A stretch of 64,000 nt of DNA, taken from contig JBBPEB010000015.1 in assembly GCA_039096225.1 (NCBI GenBank), positions 1,612,001 to 1,676,000 of the forward strand, read 5' to 3'. The notes under the pieces are model-generated. The model saw only the letters and a list, made by a program, of their open reading frames with translations. It had not been told where the DNA came from and ran no database searches. This DNA is from Blastocystis sp. Blastoise (taxonomy: Eukaryota; Protista; Bigyra: Opalinata). Both the position numbers and the translations under genes were made by a program. Shown here one piece after another: positions 27,976-46,258 of this stretch; the stretch's first letter is position 1; every line of letters starts with the position of its first letter.

Positions 27976-30900
27976 TTAGAAACCGAAATCAAAATAATCC
28001 TTTTGAGCGGGAGCGGGAGCGGCAGGAGCAGGAGCAGCGGCAGGAGCAGCAGGAGCCATGCCCATCATACCCATGTTCATGTTCATACCCATACCCATAT
28101 TATTTTGTTGTTGAGGTTGTTGTTGAGGTTGAGACATGCCCATCATACCCATGTTCATTCCCATACCCATATTCATAGATTGTTGTTGGGGTTGTTGTTG
28201 AGGTTGAGACATACCCATCATATTCATACCCATACCCATATTATTCTGTTGAGGTTGTTGAGGTTGAGACATACCCATGTTCATACCCATTCCCATACCC
28301 ATATTACTTTGTTGGGGTTGTTGAGGTTGTTGTTGAGGTTGAGACATACCCATCATATTCATACCAAAGTCCATACCCATACCCATATTATTTTGTTGGG
28401 GTTGTTGAGGTTGTTGTTGAGGTTGAGACATACCCATCATACCCATACCAAAGTCCATACCCATGGATTGTTGTTGAGGTTGTTGGGGTTGAGACATACC
28501 AAAGTCAATACCACCTAAACCAGAGGAAGCAGCAGGAGCAGAAGCATTACCATAGAGAATATCATCAGCAGAGAGATTCTTTTGAGGAATAGCAGAGGGA
28601 GCATATAAATTAAGGAAGTTATCAGCAGCCTTCTTCTTAGGGTCTTCCTTGAGATCAGCAAAAGCAGTAGAGAGATCGGGAGTACCATTTTGACCAAGAG
28701 TATCGAAGATATCATCGGGAGCAGCAACGGGAGCAGGAGCAGGAGCACTGTAGTTACTGAAGATATCACCTAAGGCATCAGCAACAGAAGGTTGAGCAGC
28801 AGCCTTAGGAGCAGCTCTGGGAGCAGCTCTAGGAGCGGGACGAGGGGCAGGAGCAGCGACAGGAGCAGGAGCAGCACCGAATCCGAAAAGATCTTCTTCA
28901 ACAGGAGCAGGAGCAGCCATAGGAGCAGCAGCTACAGGAGCAGGAGCAGCAGCCATACCAAGCATATCAGCTAAATAGCAATATATAATATTATTATATA
29001 TTATATTATTTAATATTGTATATTATTATATTATATTATTTAATATTATATTATAATAGTATATATACATTCACGTAAAGTTTCACCAGGAGCAGGAGCA
29101 TCATCATCAGAACTATAATGTATATATATGTAAAATAATGAATAGAGAGAGTCTATATAAAAGGACATACTCGTTTTCATTACCATCAGAATTGACGACA
29201 GCATAGACTTCACCAGCCTAGAGAATATAAAATGTAATCAAATAGCAATAGAGTGTAATTATATAACAATATATAACATAAGAGAATACATAAATATAAT
29301 AAAAGAACAATATAGTTCACCAATAGTGAATATAAATGACATATAGAGGCTTCGAATAGTGAATAAATAATATACCTTTCGCTTGACCATAGGTTGATTG
29401 AAGGAACAGAGAGTGACGAGTTCTTCGTTGTTTTCTCTGAAATATTCCTTGAAAGATTCAGTGCCAGAAGCCTTGCAGACATCGTTGATGACACAAAGAG
29501 CCTTGTGAACAACCTTCCAGTTCTTGTCGGAGAGTTTCTTTAAGATAATAGGACCAACAACCTATAACAAAGATATATATATATATATATATAGAATAAA
29601 AAAATACATATTATATGCTACTATAAATAAGAGAATATAGATGATAGGACATAGTATATATACAGTAGCATTAAGAGTTTGACAAGCAGTACAGAACTTA
29701 GCGAGTTTATCTTCTGGAGGAACGGGTTTCATACCTTGAGCATTACATAATTCTTCAACGAGTTTACGTTCATAAACACTATAGAGAAATTATTGAATAA
29801 AATATATATTAAAAAAGTTAATTCAATAATAATAATTAATTTAATTTAATTAAATAATAATAATAATTAAATTAAAGAATCCCAATAAAAAAGGAAATAA
29901 AAAGCAAGTGTTTAATATATATATATAATACATACCCATCAGTATTAGCAGAACCAGCTTGGACGGGAGCAATGACAGGAGCCGTGTAACCACCAGGAGC
30001 AGGGGCAGCACCAGCAATAGGCCTAAAAGATAATTAAAACACAAAATGAGGAAAACAAACTTACTTTTCTATAGAGAAAGACAATAAGTAATGAAATAAA
30101 GTATATATGATTATAAAATAAAGTATATATGATTATAAAATAAAGTATATATGATTATAAAGAATATATAATTATAAAATAAAGAAATAGATGACAAATA
30201 TATAATTAATTGAATTAGAATACATACTAGTAGGAGCAGTATCATAACGACCTAAAACAGTCTTGGCAACTTGCTATAGAGTTATATATAGAGAATAAGA
30301 ATAAGAATGAAATATACAGGAGCAGCAGCCATAGGAGCAGCAGCAGCCGGTTTAATGGCTCCCATAGGGGCAGCAGCAGCAGCAGGGGCAACAGGAGCAC
30401 CACCGAAGGTACCTTTAGCTCTGGCCATCCAATCATCAGCAGCAGCTACAGGGGCACGAGAACCACCACCAATACCGCCCATACCGGACTTAGCGGCAGC
30501 AGCAGGAGCAGCAGACATAGTGGAACCATTGGCACCAACACCTTCCATAGGTCTACCAATAGTTTGAGCTCTATTACTATAGAGAAATAAATAATTAAAA
30601 AAAGATTCATTAGTTTTTAAATATATTGAAAATAAGATTTAAAATATCTTAAGAGTAATTACATTTATATAAAGAATAAATTTAGATTTTAATAAATCAA
30701 ATAGAATATAGAGTTTTCATGATAATAAAAGTAAAATAAAATGAAATAGAGACATAAATAATAGTATACCGAACGTTTTCATCGAAAAGGCAATCTAAAA
30801 CTTCTCTAGCAGCATTATGAACTAAAGTATAAGGTTCATCTCCCTTAAGAGGATCAGGGGGACCTTGGAATTGTAAACATGTTTTAATAAGATTAGCTTG

Positions 30901-31158
30901 AGTACCCATTTCTTTTTGGAATTCAGAACGACCATTGATAATTAAATATTTAATAGTTTTAAGGGTCTTCAGTTTGACATTAGGTTCAGAACGCTTCAGA
31001 CGAACAACAAGGGCGTCAGCAATAGATTTGCATTTATTGACACCTTCCATAGTAGAGTTAACTAATTCCTTTAAAACATAACCAGGAGCAGGAATATCAT
31101 CGCTACTAGTAGCCTTAGAAATAAGGGCTTTATCAGTCATAGTATTCTTAGAAGCCAT
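27976..31158 (-). CDS. TEPSIN: Tepsin (AP-4 accessory ENTH + VHS-like protein)
   Basis: KATSSDDIPAPGY...VKLKTLK...GPPDPLKGD.PY..V...A.E; second domain YERKLVEELC...WKVVHKALC; long low-complexity tail. Confidence 0.85.
28060..28510 (-). repeat. Coding repeats (MGMS-QPQQQ-N/S-MGMGM)n in the tepsin tail
   Basis: Visible in the translation of ORF 27976-28965. Confidence 0.8.
30065..30068 (-). other. 4-nt microexon (AAAA) in tepsin
   Basis: CTCTATAG|AAAA|GTAAGT; needed to bridge a phase-1 donor to a phase-2 acceptor. Confidence 0.7.
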
Positions 31159-32926
31159 TTTGGATTATCTAGAATACAAAAAAAAATAAGATATTTTGAC
31201 AAAACAAACTAATATAAAGCAAAAAAGGCATAAAAATATATATAATTCATAGAAAACATACCTAGAGAACAAATATATAAGAAATGAAATGATTATTTAG
31301 GAGTAATTTTCTATAGATTTCATTTTGTAAAAAAATATGTTAGCCAATAATATATAAATAAACTAGAAAATCCTAATTTAACTGGAGAATACTTGTCATT
31401 TCTCCAATAGAATTGTTGGATTGTTTCTCAATCTTAAAGAAATAGGAAACAAAATGTTTTTTTTCAAAGAGCCTAAAGATTGTAGTATAATCAAAAAAAT
31501 ATTCCATAAACTTGTAGAAAATCTCTGGGAACAGAGAATACCGCATCCAGAGCCGAGGACAGAAATCATGTTGATGTTAGTGATTATTGTTTTATAAACA
31601 CACAAAACAATAAGTACTCTTTGTTTTTTATACGCTTTAAACAGGTTACAGTGACATATTTATATGTACATATCACTTTTCGAAACAAATAAACAATAAT
31701 TGATAATTATGGATTACAATATATAGCGGAATTATATGTTATATTTTGTGATGATGAGTTGAATATATCAGATTGTTAACAATATAAAGTTGTTTATTTA
31801 CAAAAATGGCAAATGAATTCTTAAATATGATCATCTTTTAATAGATAAACGAAATAAAACAAAAATGTAATTATTTTTTGTCATACAGTCGCTAAAAGTT
31901 TAAAAAAGAAAGAATGAAGTTTTTATATTAATGGATAATGAATATGTTTTAATATAAATAATTTTAGTAATAGCCTTATTATTATAAATAACACAAAAAC
32001 AGTATAGTTTCTTAATCGAATCAACTTTGCTGTGAATCAATGTGTACTATTTGTTGTTTAAAAACATGTATACAATGTAACAATTTAGTTAGTGATCAAG
32101 AATAAACTTAAAAAGTTGTTGATAGTTTGTGTCTTTGTTAAAATAAAATAAAAAATGAGAAAAATAAGAAAACATTTAATTCTATACATAAAACTAATTT
32201 CCAATTTTAGTTATTTATAGTTCACTAATTATTTAAAAAAAAATATGATTTAGTCTCTTTAATTACGACTATAAGCAATTACAAGTATTTCAACTCATTC
32301 TTATTCGGTTTTATATATAATCAAGTCACATTTTATTTTTATATAAAATAATAATTAATAAATTATGTCAAAAACAAGATCTACGTTATTAGTTAATTAT
32401 TTTTTATTTACATATACTAAAAATAAGCAACATATTTTGTATATGAACAAAATAAATTCTTTTATTACAAAAAATAAAGATATAGAATTGATGTATCTTT
32501 CATTGTAGTATCTTATTTTATGCGTAATATTTGTAATTTGTTTACAACATAAATAGTTCTAAAGAATCAAGAAAAATAAATCACGTCAAACAATATATCA
32601 TATTTGCCTTAAACTTTATAAAAAGCTATTTAAAAGAAATGGCTTTTAAAAATGATGATTTGAATAAAAACTGCAGTACATACTAGTCTAATGATTATTC
32701 TATGTTTTGAATTATCAAAACCTTCTTTTTTAATTTGCTAGTAAAAAGGACTTAAATGAATCAGGGAAGAAAATGAAGAAGGAAGAAAACTGATTGAATT
32801 ATATGTACTGAATTCTGTTTTTGAAGCGGAAAAAACAAGTAATTCACGGTAATTTCTTCTGTTCCTTTTCTTCTAGATTATTTTTTCTTTATCTAATTAT
32901 ATAAGAATCTGTTATTAATTAAAAAA

Positions 32927-37564
<4,638 letters not shown>

Positions 37565-37811
37565 ATGCGTCACTAGATATACATAGCTATCCTTATATAT
37601 AGAATATATAATTATGTGTTTTTAAAACTTTTCTATTCTGTTTATATTGAATAATAGTTTAGTTAGTTTTTGTAAATTAATCATTTTTGTAGTGTATATA
37701 ACACAACAACTATATATCATTGACTTTTGATCAAGAACAATAAATAAAAAAGCAACAAGTAGCAATAGAAAGAGTCAATAAATATTTAAATATGTATAAA
37801 TATATATCTAT

Positions 37812-38803
37812 TTAAAGAGTACTGACATCAATAGGTTTCATGGATTCCTTAATTTGAGGGAATAAATCGGTCTTATCAAGATAATAAATATATCTAAAGA
37901 TATTATAAATATAAGAAGAATATATTCAATATAATATAATAATAAGAATATATTCAATATAATATAATAATAAGAAAAATATGTTCAATATAATAAAATA
38001 ATAATTCATAAATATATAAACAAATAAATAATAAAACATTAGTAAATCATTAATAAATATATCTCATGGGTTTAGCAGGGTCACTATAATACATTTCAAT
38101 GCAACCATAACCTTCAATTTTGTTTTCAGTCATATATTTATTGAGAACAGGATAACTATAAAGTGTAAAGTTATAGAAAGATATCCATTATAGAAAATAG
38201 AAAATATAAATATAAACTTTCATGGCTCCAAGCATACCACTCAGACTGTTTGTGAAAGGGAAATTACTTCTATACAAAAATTAAAAGTGAATACAACAAG
38301 AAATATGTAATATTTATGTAAAAATCATTAAAAAAATATTGCATACTCGAGAATTCTACTCTTAGGAAGGACAAATTTCTTGAATGGAGTTCCATCAGTA
38401 TTTATGGCATCATATTCTTCTTGATCGAGAACCCAATATAAGCCCCAAACATTTTTAGCTATACATATGAATTAAAATAGTTGAATATAATGATAAAATT
38501 TTATAATATTATCAATATATAAAATAGCATACATTGATCAGCAAGTGGAGGATTGTAGTAAAGACCACCAGAGGTCCATACCTTAGGAGCAACTTTGAAA
38601 TTCTTTAAATAATTTTCTTGATAATACTTATCAGCCTTCATATAATCCTTGAAAGGTCCTTGGAAGTTCATAGCAACAATATAAACTTCATCGATTTCAC
38701 CAACTATAGTCTTAGGAGTCATGAAAACACCCATTTTATAGAGACTCATAAGTATAGCAACACCAGCACAAGCAACACCAGACCAAACGTAGATATTTAC
38801 CAT
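37812..38803 (-). CDS. TEX264/GyrI-like domain protein with an N-terminal membrane anchor, paralog 1 (two donors lack G)
   Basis: TM segment, FQGPFK, GLYYNPP, FPF...SGMLGAMKVYPVL; similar along its length to 39461-40415. Confidence 0.6.
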
Positions 38804-39460
38804 TTGTAATTAATTTAAAAAAGAGAAAATAAAATAAAATATGTTAAAAAGATGGATTAAAAGAGAAGAGAGACAGTCGAAGCTATTACAGAAGTTTCCA
38901 CAGAATGATTGGCAAATAATTTTATTGGTTATTATTGGTGAATATCTTGATGACGCATTAAAACAAACGGAATAATTTTTAATCTCCTCTTTTTGGTCTT
39001 TCATTTTTTTATTTATTCCATTTTTGGATGTTATCCTTCTTGAGATCATCATGAAATGGTTTTTATTAAGATGGATAATATAATTGAGATATGTTATAAT
39101 ATAAAAAAACTGAGAATCGATGACCTTTTTAAGATTCTACCCGGCATCCTAGTTTTAAAACTTGCACATTTTGATTGAAACTTATTTCATGTGATATGTT
39201 ATATGCTGTAATATGTCTGATATAAATAATTACGCATTAATAGTCATTATATAACTTCTTTCATTTTGGCGGCTTGGCAGTTTAAAAAGAAAAATCATTT
39301 TAAAACTAACGAGTTTGATTATTAAGTGTCAATTATGATAGAGTAGTGTTTAGAACATATATGATATTATGTGTATGAACTATTTGAAACAAAACAAGAA
39401 ATATAAAATTACAATTTTGTTGAAAATGTATAAATATATAATTGTGAGATATTTATGTAG

Positions 39461-40415
39461 TTAGAGAGTTGACACTTGAATGCATGGAGTATCATTCAAA
39501 GCATCATTGAAGACTTCACATTCATCAATGTAGAATATATATTTAATGGGAACACCACTGCAGTTATAAAGTTCAACACAACCATATTGTTTGAAATTAT
39601 TTTGTTTAAGGAGTTCATTAAGAACAGGATAACTATAAATATAAATTAGTTTTAATCATTTAATTTATATATAGATATTATAGTTCTGTAAAAAAAAAAT
39701 AAAAAAAAAATTAATGATAAAAATATTGTTAAAAATAACATACGCTTTTCTAGAACCTATACCATAACTAAATACATTTCTCATCGGGAAAGATGTTCTA
39801 TATATATATATATAGTGAGTATATATTATTTATAGAAAAAGAAAGCTGTTTAAAGTTGATAAGCATTGAATAATAATAAATATGATAATAATAATAATAA
39901 TGATAATAATAATAAATATGATAATAATAAAATTAATAAATATGATAGTAATAATAAATATAATAATGACAGTAATAATAAATATAATAAACAAATAACT
40001 CTAATAATAACTATAATAATATATACAATGCAATATGAGATTGAGGAAGAGTATAGATTCTTAAATCAAGACCCACTTGTTGTTGATACTTTTCATATTG
40101 ATCAGGAGAGATAACAGCGAAAACAGACCATCGGAGAGTCATTTTATCACAATCAGGAGTAACCATATCATAGTATATACTACCAGTAGTAGCTTTATTA
40201 GGATATTCACCAAAACATTCTTTGTATTGTGTCATAAATAAGTTTACAGCATTGTTATAGTATCTGAAAGGACCTTGGAAATTCATATTCACTATATGCA
40301 TCTCATCTACACATTTGACAACAGCCTTAGGTGTATAGAAGAAACCCATGTAATACATGAATGATATAACAACTAAGATCACTAAAACTATTCCAAGTAA
40401 AATATAAAAGTTCAT
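39461..40415 (-). CDS. TEX264/GyrI-like domain protein with an N-terminal membrane anchor, paralog 2
   Basis: TM segment, MNFQGPFRYY, GSIYYD, FPMRNVFSYGIGSRKAYPVL; ends QVSTL* like paralog 1 (DVSTL*). Confidence 0.65.
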
Positions 40416-40475
40416 TTCAATATATAAAGCTCAATCAAGAAATAAAATAAAAATGGAAAAAATCATTAATTAAAT

Positions 40476-40615
40476 CAGGGTTCGCCAAACTGTACTTTGA
40501 GTACGGTCTGTACTCCAAGAGAGTTTTTATCTACGCCTTATGCGCCTAAAAGTACCCATGAAACTGGCTCTTTTAGGAAATTTGTACTCCAAGAGAGTCT
40601 TCGTGGCGAACCCTG
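40476..40615. mobile_element. 140-bp hAT-type MITE with 12-bp TIR CAGGGTTCGCCA and 8-bp TSD AATTAAAT
   Basis: TIRs at 40476-40487 and 40604-40615; TSDs at 40468-40475 and 40616-40623; internal 16-bp direct repeat TGTACTCCAAGAGAGT (40509, 40583); GC-richer than its flanks. Confidence 0.9.
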
Positions 40616-42405
40616 AATTAAATAGCTGAATAAATCTAATTTTTTGTTTTCAGTTCTTTTTAAAATAGTATTCGTTTCTTTGTTTAAGTTCAGATAGATC
40701 TCATTTAAAAAGTATTTTTATATGAACTGTAGATACTGAATATCTTTCAATAACGTACATAAGAAATCACCATTATTTAATCATTATTTGTTAAACAATT
40801 TGAGTTTTCTGAAAATTGATAGGTAAGGAACATTAAGAAAAATATGTAGAGACTTGACTAAGACAGTTTGAATTCATTAAAATTATTATGTTAATAATAT
40901 TGTGAAATCACTTTTTCTGTTATTTGTGATTACTTTACTATTTTTCACTTCAGATAAGATGCTACACTTTCGTGGTTCATTCATATTATTGTAAATTAAT
41001 TTTAATTTTCGTTTTCATTATGTATTTTTTGTTATCTTTATATTCAGACATCAGAAGACTTACGAGATATATATAGAAAATCATACAAAAGCATGAACAT
41101 ATCATTATTTGTTTTAGTTACCATAGTATATGTAAAATCTTAGTAAATTAATTAAAGTTCTATATTAATGTAATCCCTTTAAATAAACGTAATATAAAAC
41201 AAATATAAGATAAGATCATCATAGGAGTCATAAAAGGAATTGCTTTTATCTGTTTATTCACTTTGAATAGACTTATTGATTCATTTTTGCCGCCATTCTT
41301 TATTATTTGGTATTCATGAATAATTAGCAAAATAAAATAATATATTGTATAAGCTACTATCTGGTATTCTTAATTAAAACAGGATTTCATATTAAATAAG
41401 ATGAATTGTTGAAAATATTGTGATGATCTCCATTAGCTGTTAGAATATAATTCTATCTATTCCCCTACTTAGTAAAAAGCAAAGTCTGATGATAAATAAT
41501 TATGACTTTATATTATAATCTTATTTATATAAGCTAATTTTTAGCAATAATTGTGCCGCTGAATCGTCTATTGATTAAGAATTACTGTAAAAAGATTCTC
41601 ATGATATCATCATTTGATTTAAATAGCACCATAAAGAATTTTTAGGAAGACATCAATGGTTAACCAAGAAAACACATTTCTTATAAATTCTTGTCTTTTT
41701 ATTTCAACCTCACTTTTATTAAATATATGGATTGGCAATTATAGAATAATGAATATGTTGATTCAAAAGAAGAAAAACACAAAATACAACATTATTATGA
41801 CCTCCAAAAAAATGTAGTTTCTCTATCGGTTAATGATGGTAGAATTATTATTTTCAGAGAGAGGCGAATGAATGGTTTTAGTTGCTATTTCTCTGGAATG
41901 GACAACTATTAGGAGAAATTCAGTTTTCATAAGGATGATTGGATAATAAAGGATATAAACCAATCAGAATCGAGATGCTAGAGATATGACGTTTATGGTT
42001 TTTTGGTTTCATCGGCTCTTTTATGTCTATATACTAGGTAATAAGATATTTTGAAAGCATATTATATATTTATAGATAGAGATAATGAGACTTTTGAAGT
42101 CAAAAATGTGATTATTTCTTTTTTAAAGTAATTTATAAAAGAGATGGGACTTTTAGAAATACCATTCTCATATGACAAGTGATAGTGTCATCGCTTTTTC
42201 TAATTGGCATCTGTCGTTTCATTTGATCGTTTCAAGTTGTAACTACCTATTTTTGAGGCGACATGAACCGTGGGAATTCTATTTTTTTAGCCACTTATAG
42301 AAAACACACGAGTGTGCGTCATACTAAAACTAAAAATACCATTCACAAAATGTTTACTGTTTTGGAATCATATTTATTTTGTTTTTCGTTTCTAGTATAA
42401 AAGAA

Positions 42406-44184
42406 ATGAGAAGTTTATTAATCGTTTTGTCTCTTATTGCTTTTGCAAGTGCTATTCCTACGTTTGAAGTAAGAAATCAAACTTTCTATAAAGATGGTGA
42501 AAAGTTCCAATATGTCTCTGGATCTTTCCATTATTTCCGTGTTCACCCTGATCGTTGGGATGATACATTCAAGAAGATGGCTGCTGGTGGTCTTAATGCT
42601 GTTCAAACTTATGTTGCTTGGAATCTTCATGAACCTAAGAGAGGTGAATTTAACTTTGAAGGTTTTGCTGATATTGAAAGATGGTTACAACTTGCTCAAA
42701 AGAACGGTCTTGTTGTTATTATGAGACCTGGTCCTTATATTTGTGCTGAATGGGATTTTGGTGGTCTTCCTTATTGGTTAGTTAAAGAAGAAGGTATTGA
42801 TATTCGTACTAAGGATGAAAAATATGTTAAAGCTGTTGATGAATGGTTTAACGTTCTTCTTCCTAAACTCAAGCCTTATCTTTATGAAGCTGGTGGTCCA
42901 ATTATTTCTGTCCAAGTTGAAAATGAATATGGTTTCTATCCTAAGTGTGATAAGGAATATATGGGTCATCTTCGTGATTTAAATCGTGAAATTCTTGGTA
43001 AGAATGTTGTTCTCTTTACTGTTGATACTTTCAGTGATAGTGCTCTTAGTTGTGGTAATGTTGATGGTGTTTATATGACTGTTGATTTTGGTGTAACTGA
43101 TGTTGCTAATGCTTATGGTATGCAAAGAAAATATGAAAAAGTTTTCCCTCTTGTCAATACTGAATATTATCCTGGTTGGTTAGATCATTGGGAAGAAAAG
43201 CATCATACTGTTTCTACTGAAAATGTTGTTCAAAAGATGGAAGATATGCTAAATATGGGTGGTAACGTCAATTATTATATGTATATTGGTGGTACTAACT
43301 TTGCTTTCTTTAATGGTGCTAATGGTGATAGTAATTCTTATCAAGCTGATCCTACTTCTTATGATTATGATGCTCCTCTTTCTGAAGCTGGTGATATCAC
43401 TCATAAATGGGAAGCTATTCGTGATTCTATTAAGAAATACAGACCTGTTCCTGAACTTAATGTTAAGAACTCCTCTAAGGTCTCTTATGGTACTGTTCCT
43501 ATGAAAGAAGGTATTTCTTTCTGGGATGCTTATACTATTCTTGCTCCTGAGCCTGTAAAGTCAGAAGAACCTCTTTCTTTTGAAATTATGGATATTGATT
43601 TTGGTTATGTTCTTTATACTACTGATATTTCTGAAGAAGGTGAACTTTCTATTCCTGTTGTTCATGATAGAGCTTATGTTTATGTTGATCAAAAATATAT
43701 TGATACTCTTACTCGTACTGGTAATAAGAAAACTCATATTCCTGCTGGTCATTTAGAAATTCTTGTTGAAAACATGGGTCGTATTAACTTTGGTGGTCAA
43801 ATGACTGAATTCAAGGGTCTTCCTCAAGGTGTTTTACTTAATGATCAATCTGTTAAGAATTGGGTTATGTTTGGTATTACTATGAAAGATCTTTCTTCTC
43901 TTAAATTCTCTACTGAATTACCTACTTCTGCTCCTGCTTTCTTTAGAACTGTTTTTGAAGTTAAAGAACTTGGTGATACTTTCTTAAATCCTAATGAATT
44001 CAAGAAAGGTGTTGCTTGGATTAATAAGTTTAATCTTGGTCGTTATTGGACTGTTGGACCTCAATTAACTCTTTATGTTCCTCAACCTGTTCTTAAGGAA
44101 GGTGAAAATGAACTTATCATTTTTGAAGCTGAACATATTGGTGATTCTATGACTCTTCAAGATACTCCTGTTATCGATATATAA
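42406..44184 (+). CDS. Secreted GH35 beta-galactosidase (intronless)
   Basis: Signal peptide; SGSFHYFR, RPGPYICAEWDFGGLP, QVENEY, NTEYYPGW, GGTNF, TSYDYDAPL, NLGRYW..GPQ.TLY. Confidence 0.95.
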   Translation: MRSLLIVLSLIAFASAIPTFEVRNQTFYKDGEKFQYVSGSFHYFRVHPDRWDDTFKKMAAGGLNAVQTYVAWNLHEPKRGEFNFEGFADIERWLQLAQKNGLVVIMRPGPYICAEWDFGGLPYWLVKEEGIDIRTKDEKYVKAVDEWFNVLLPKLKPYLYEAGGPIISVQVENEYGFYPKCDKEYMGHLRDLNREILGKNVVLFTVDTFSDSALSCGNVDGVYMTVDFGVTDVANAYGMQRKYEKVFPLVNTEYYPGWLDHWEEKHHTVSTENVVQKMEDMLNMGGNVNYYMYIGGTNFAFFNGANGDSNSYQADPTSYDYDAPLSEAGDITHKWEAIRDSIKKYRPVPELNVKNSSKVSYGTVPMKEGISFWDAYTILAPEPVKSEEPLSFEIMDIDFGYVLYTTDISEEGELSIPVVHDRAYVYVDQKYIDTLTRTGNKKTHIPAGHLEILVENMGRINFGGQMTEFKGLPQGVLLNDQSVKNWVMFGITMKDLSSLKFSTELPTSAPAFFRTVFEVKELGDTFLNPNEFKKGVAWINKFNLGRYWTVGPQLTLYVPQPVLKEGENELIIFEAEHIGDSMTLQDTPVIDI

Positions 44185-44592
44185 AAATATCTTATTTGAA
44201 TATGTCTTTTTAATTGTTATTTGTAATATTACTATGATATAAAATATATCGTCTGTTTTTGGTTTGATTTGATTTAGTAATATTTCTTTTGGTAAACATT
44301 ATATATATTTTTTTAATATATCAAGTTCATAAATTCTATTCGTTTTGTTTTTTCAATTATTCTAACAACAATTATATACCCAATGTTCTTTTTAATATCA
44401 TTTTCATCATAGAATTAAGACATTATTGTAGAATACGTCTTCCATAATAATATTATTGACACCTCATATAGAATAAGTTCATAAATCTTGTTTTAATAAA
44501 ACAAACAATTATTCTTGTAAACAGAAGTTTTTTTTTTGGAAGTTTCTGTTCTTCTAAATTATATTTTATTGTTATTTATTCTGTTATTTGAA

Positions 44593-44994
44593 ATGGTATC
44601 TCTTCCACTTATTGGTGAAGTTACAGTTATAAAAGCTGCTTTTCTTGGATTATTGTTTGGAGCCATATTAGGTCTTCTTGATCGTTTAACTCATTACATT
44701 ACTGTCTGGCTTATTCATGTTCTTGGATGTGAAGAAGAGGATAGAAAGGGACGTGAAGAAGAAATGAGAAAACGTGGACTTTTGCCGTATATATTTATAT
44801 AAATTGTTGTTATCTTTATGTCTTTCTTTTTCTCATAAGTTTGAAAATATATATAATGTATATATAAGTGTATATACGCTATATTTTATAATTCTAGTCC
44901 TAAAGAGGAAGTGAAAGAACAAATTGGAGAAGGACATGAGTCTGATGAATCTTCAGAGACCAAATCTTTAAATGATAAAGAAAAAACTGATTAG
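44593..44994 (+). CDS. Small membrane protein with an acidic/charged tail; 2 exons
   Basis: Hydrophobic AAFLGLLFGAILGLL segment; one GT-AG intron; TAG at 44992-44994. Confidence 0.6.
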
Positions 44995-45389
44995 TATTGA
45001 TTTCATTTTAATTATTTAGAAATGTCTTTATTATGATTAACGTGTAGTTATTTCTGTTTTAGCTGTATTTATTGTGTTTTTGTTTTCATTTATTTTAAAA
45101 AGTGTTGAATATTATCAAGAAACTTAGAAATTTAAAACAAAAAAAAGAAGTATACACATAATGAAGTTGAATAAAATATAAAAAAAGGAATAGAAAAGAA
45201 TTATGAAATCAATACAAATAATGAAAAGTTTGATCTCATTAGAGAAATTGAGCATAAATATTACTATCAATACTAAAACTGCAAATGATTAAGAGTAAAA
45301 TGAATGTAAAAGAATTTGAGCATTAAAGAAAAGGAAGATATATATACAAAATTACTATATATACAAATAATAGATATATAGAAATGAAG

Positions 45390-45979
45390 TTACTCTACAT
45401 CAAATCCTGCACAATGTACGTAACCATAAATACTATTAAGAATAAAAATTAATTGACTTTCTTCACAACCACCAGGAATATAAAACATAATATTATCTTC
45501 TAATTGATATCTATTTGGACATTCTTTACAATATAAACTTACATTGACCTATTTATAATGTATATAATAAATAGAATAAATAGAATAAATAGAATAAATA
45601 GAATAAATAAAATAAATAAAATACACAAAATAAATAGAATAATGTTATATATATACAGTTCCGACTTTATTATGTCGACTACATGAGGGTGTAGTACATT
45701 CCCCGCGTACTCGAAGGAGGTCACGAAACGTACTTTGACCCATTATCAGGCTTGTAGAAGGATCGACTAGTATACTTAATTTACTATACACAAAGTATTG
45801 TATACATATATATAGTATTACATAGACAATGCTTTTATAATATTATTATATAAACTACGATAATCATGAATATAAAAATAATTAATATATTTCTGATAAC
45901 AAAAAATACAATAATATAATATAACAATATATATAAAGAATAGTATATATATAAGAATAATATATACATATATATATAA

Positions 45980-46036
<57 letters not shown>

Positions 46037-46218
46037 CACATTTAGGACATATATATCTCCATTTAATTGCTGCACCGACGGTCTCACAGAATCGACATGT
46101 AAAACGAAAATTCTTTTCAGTGATAACTTCATTTAATATTGAATCTTTCTATATATGAAAATATGCATAAATATTAAATAAATATATCTAACAATAAATA
46201 TTAAAAAATAGGACAAAC

Positions 46219-46258
<40 letters not shown>

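Noticed and set aside
28003-28518. 171-aa His/Leu/Arg-rich + strand ORF
   Set aside because: It is the antisense shadow of the repetitive tepsin tail.
31160-32926. Long intergenic region with a 69-aa ORF and a small hairpin at about 31384-31405
   Set aside because: No recognisable protein, tRNA or snRNA motif; probably promoter or 5' UTR sequence of the divergent genes.
41923-41956. Minus-strand ATATCCTTT...TCCTTATGAAAAC resembling a 34-nt AT-AC intron
   Set aside because: No supporting gene model on either side and much shorter than the other AT-AC introns.
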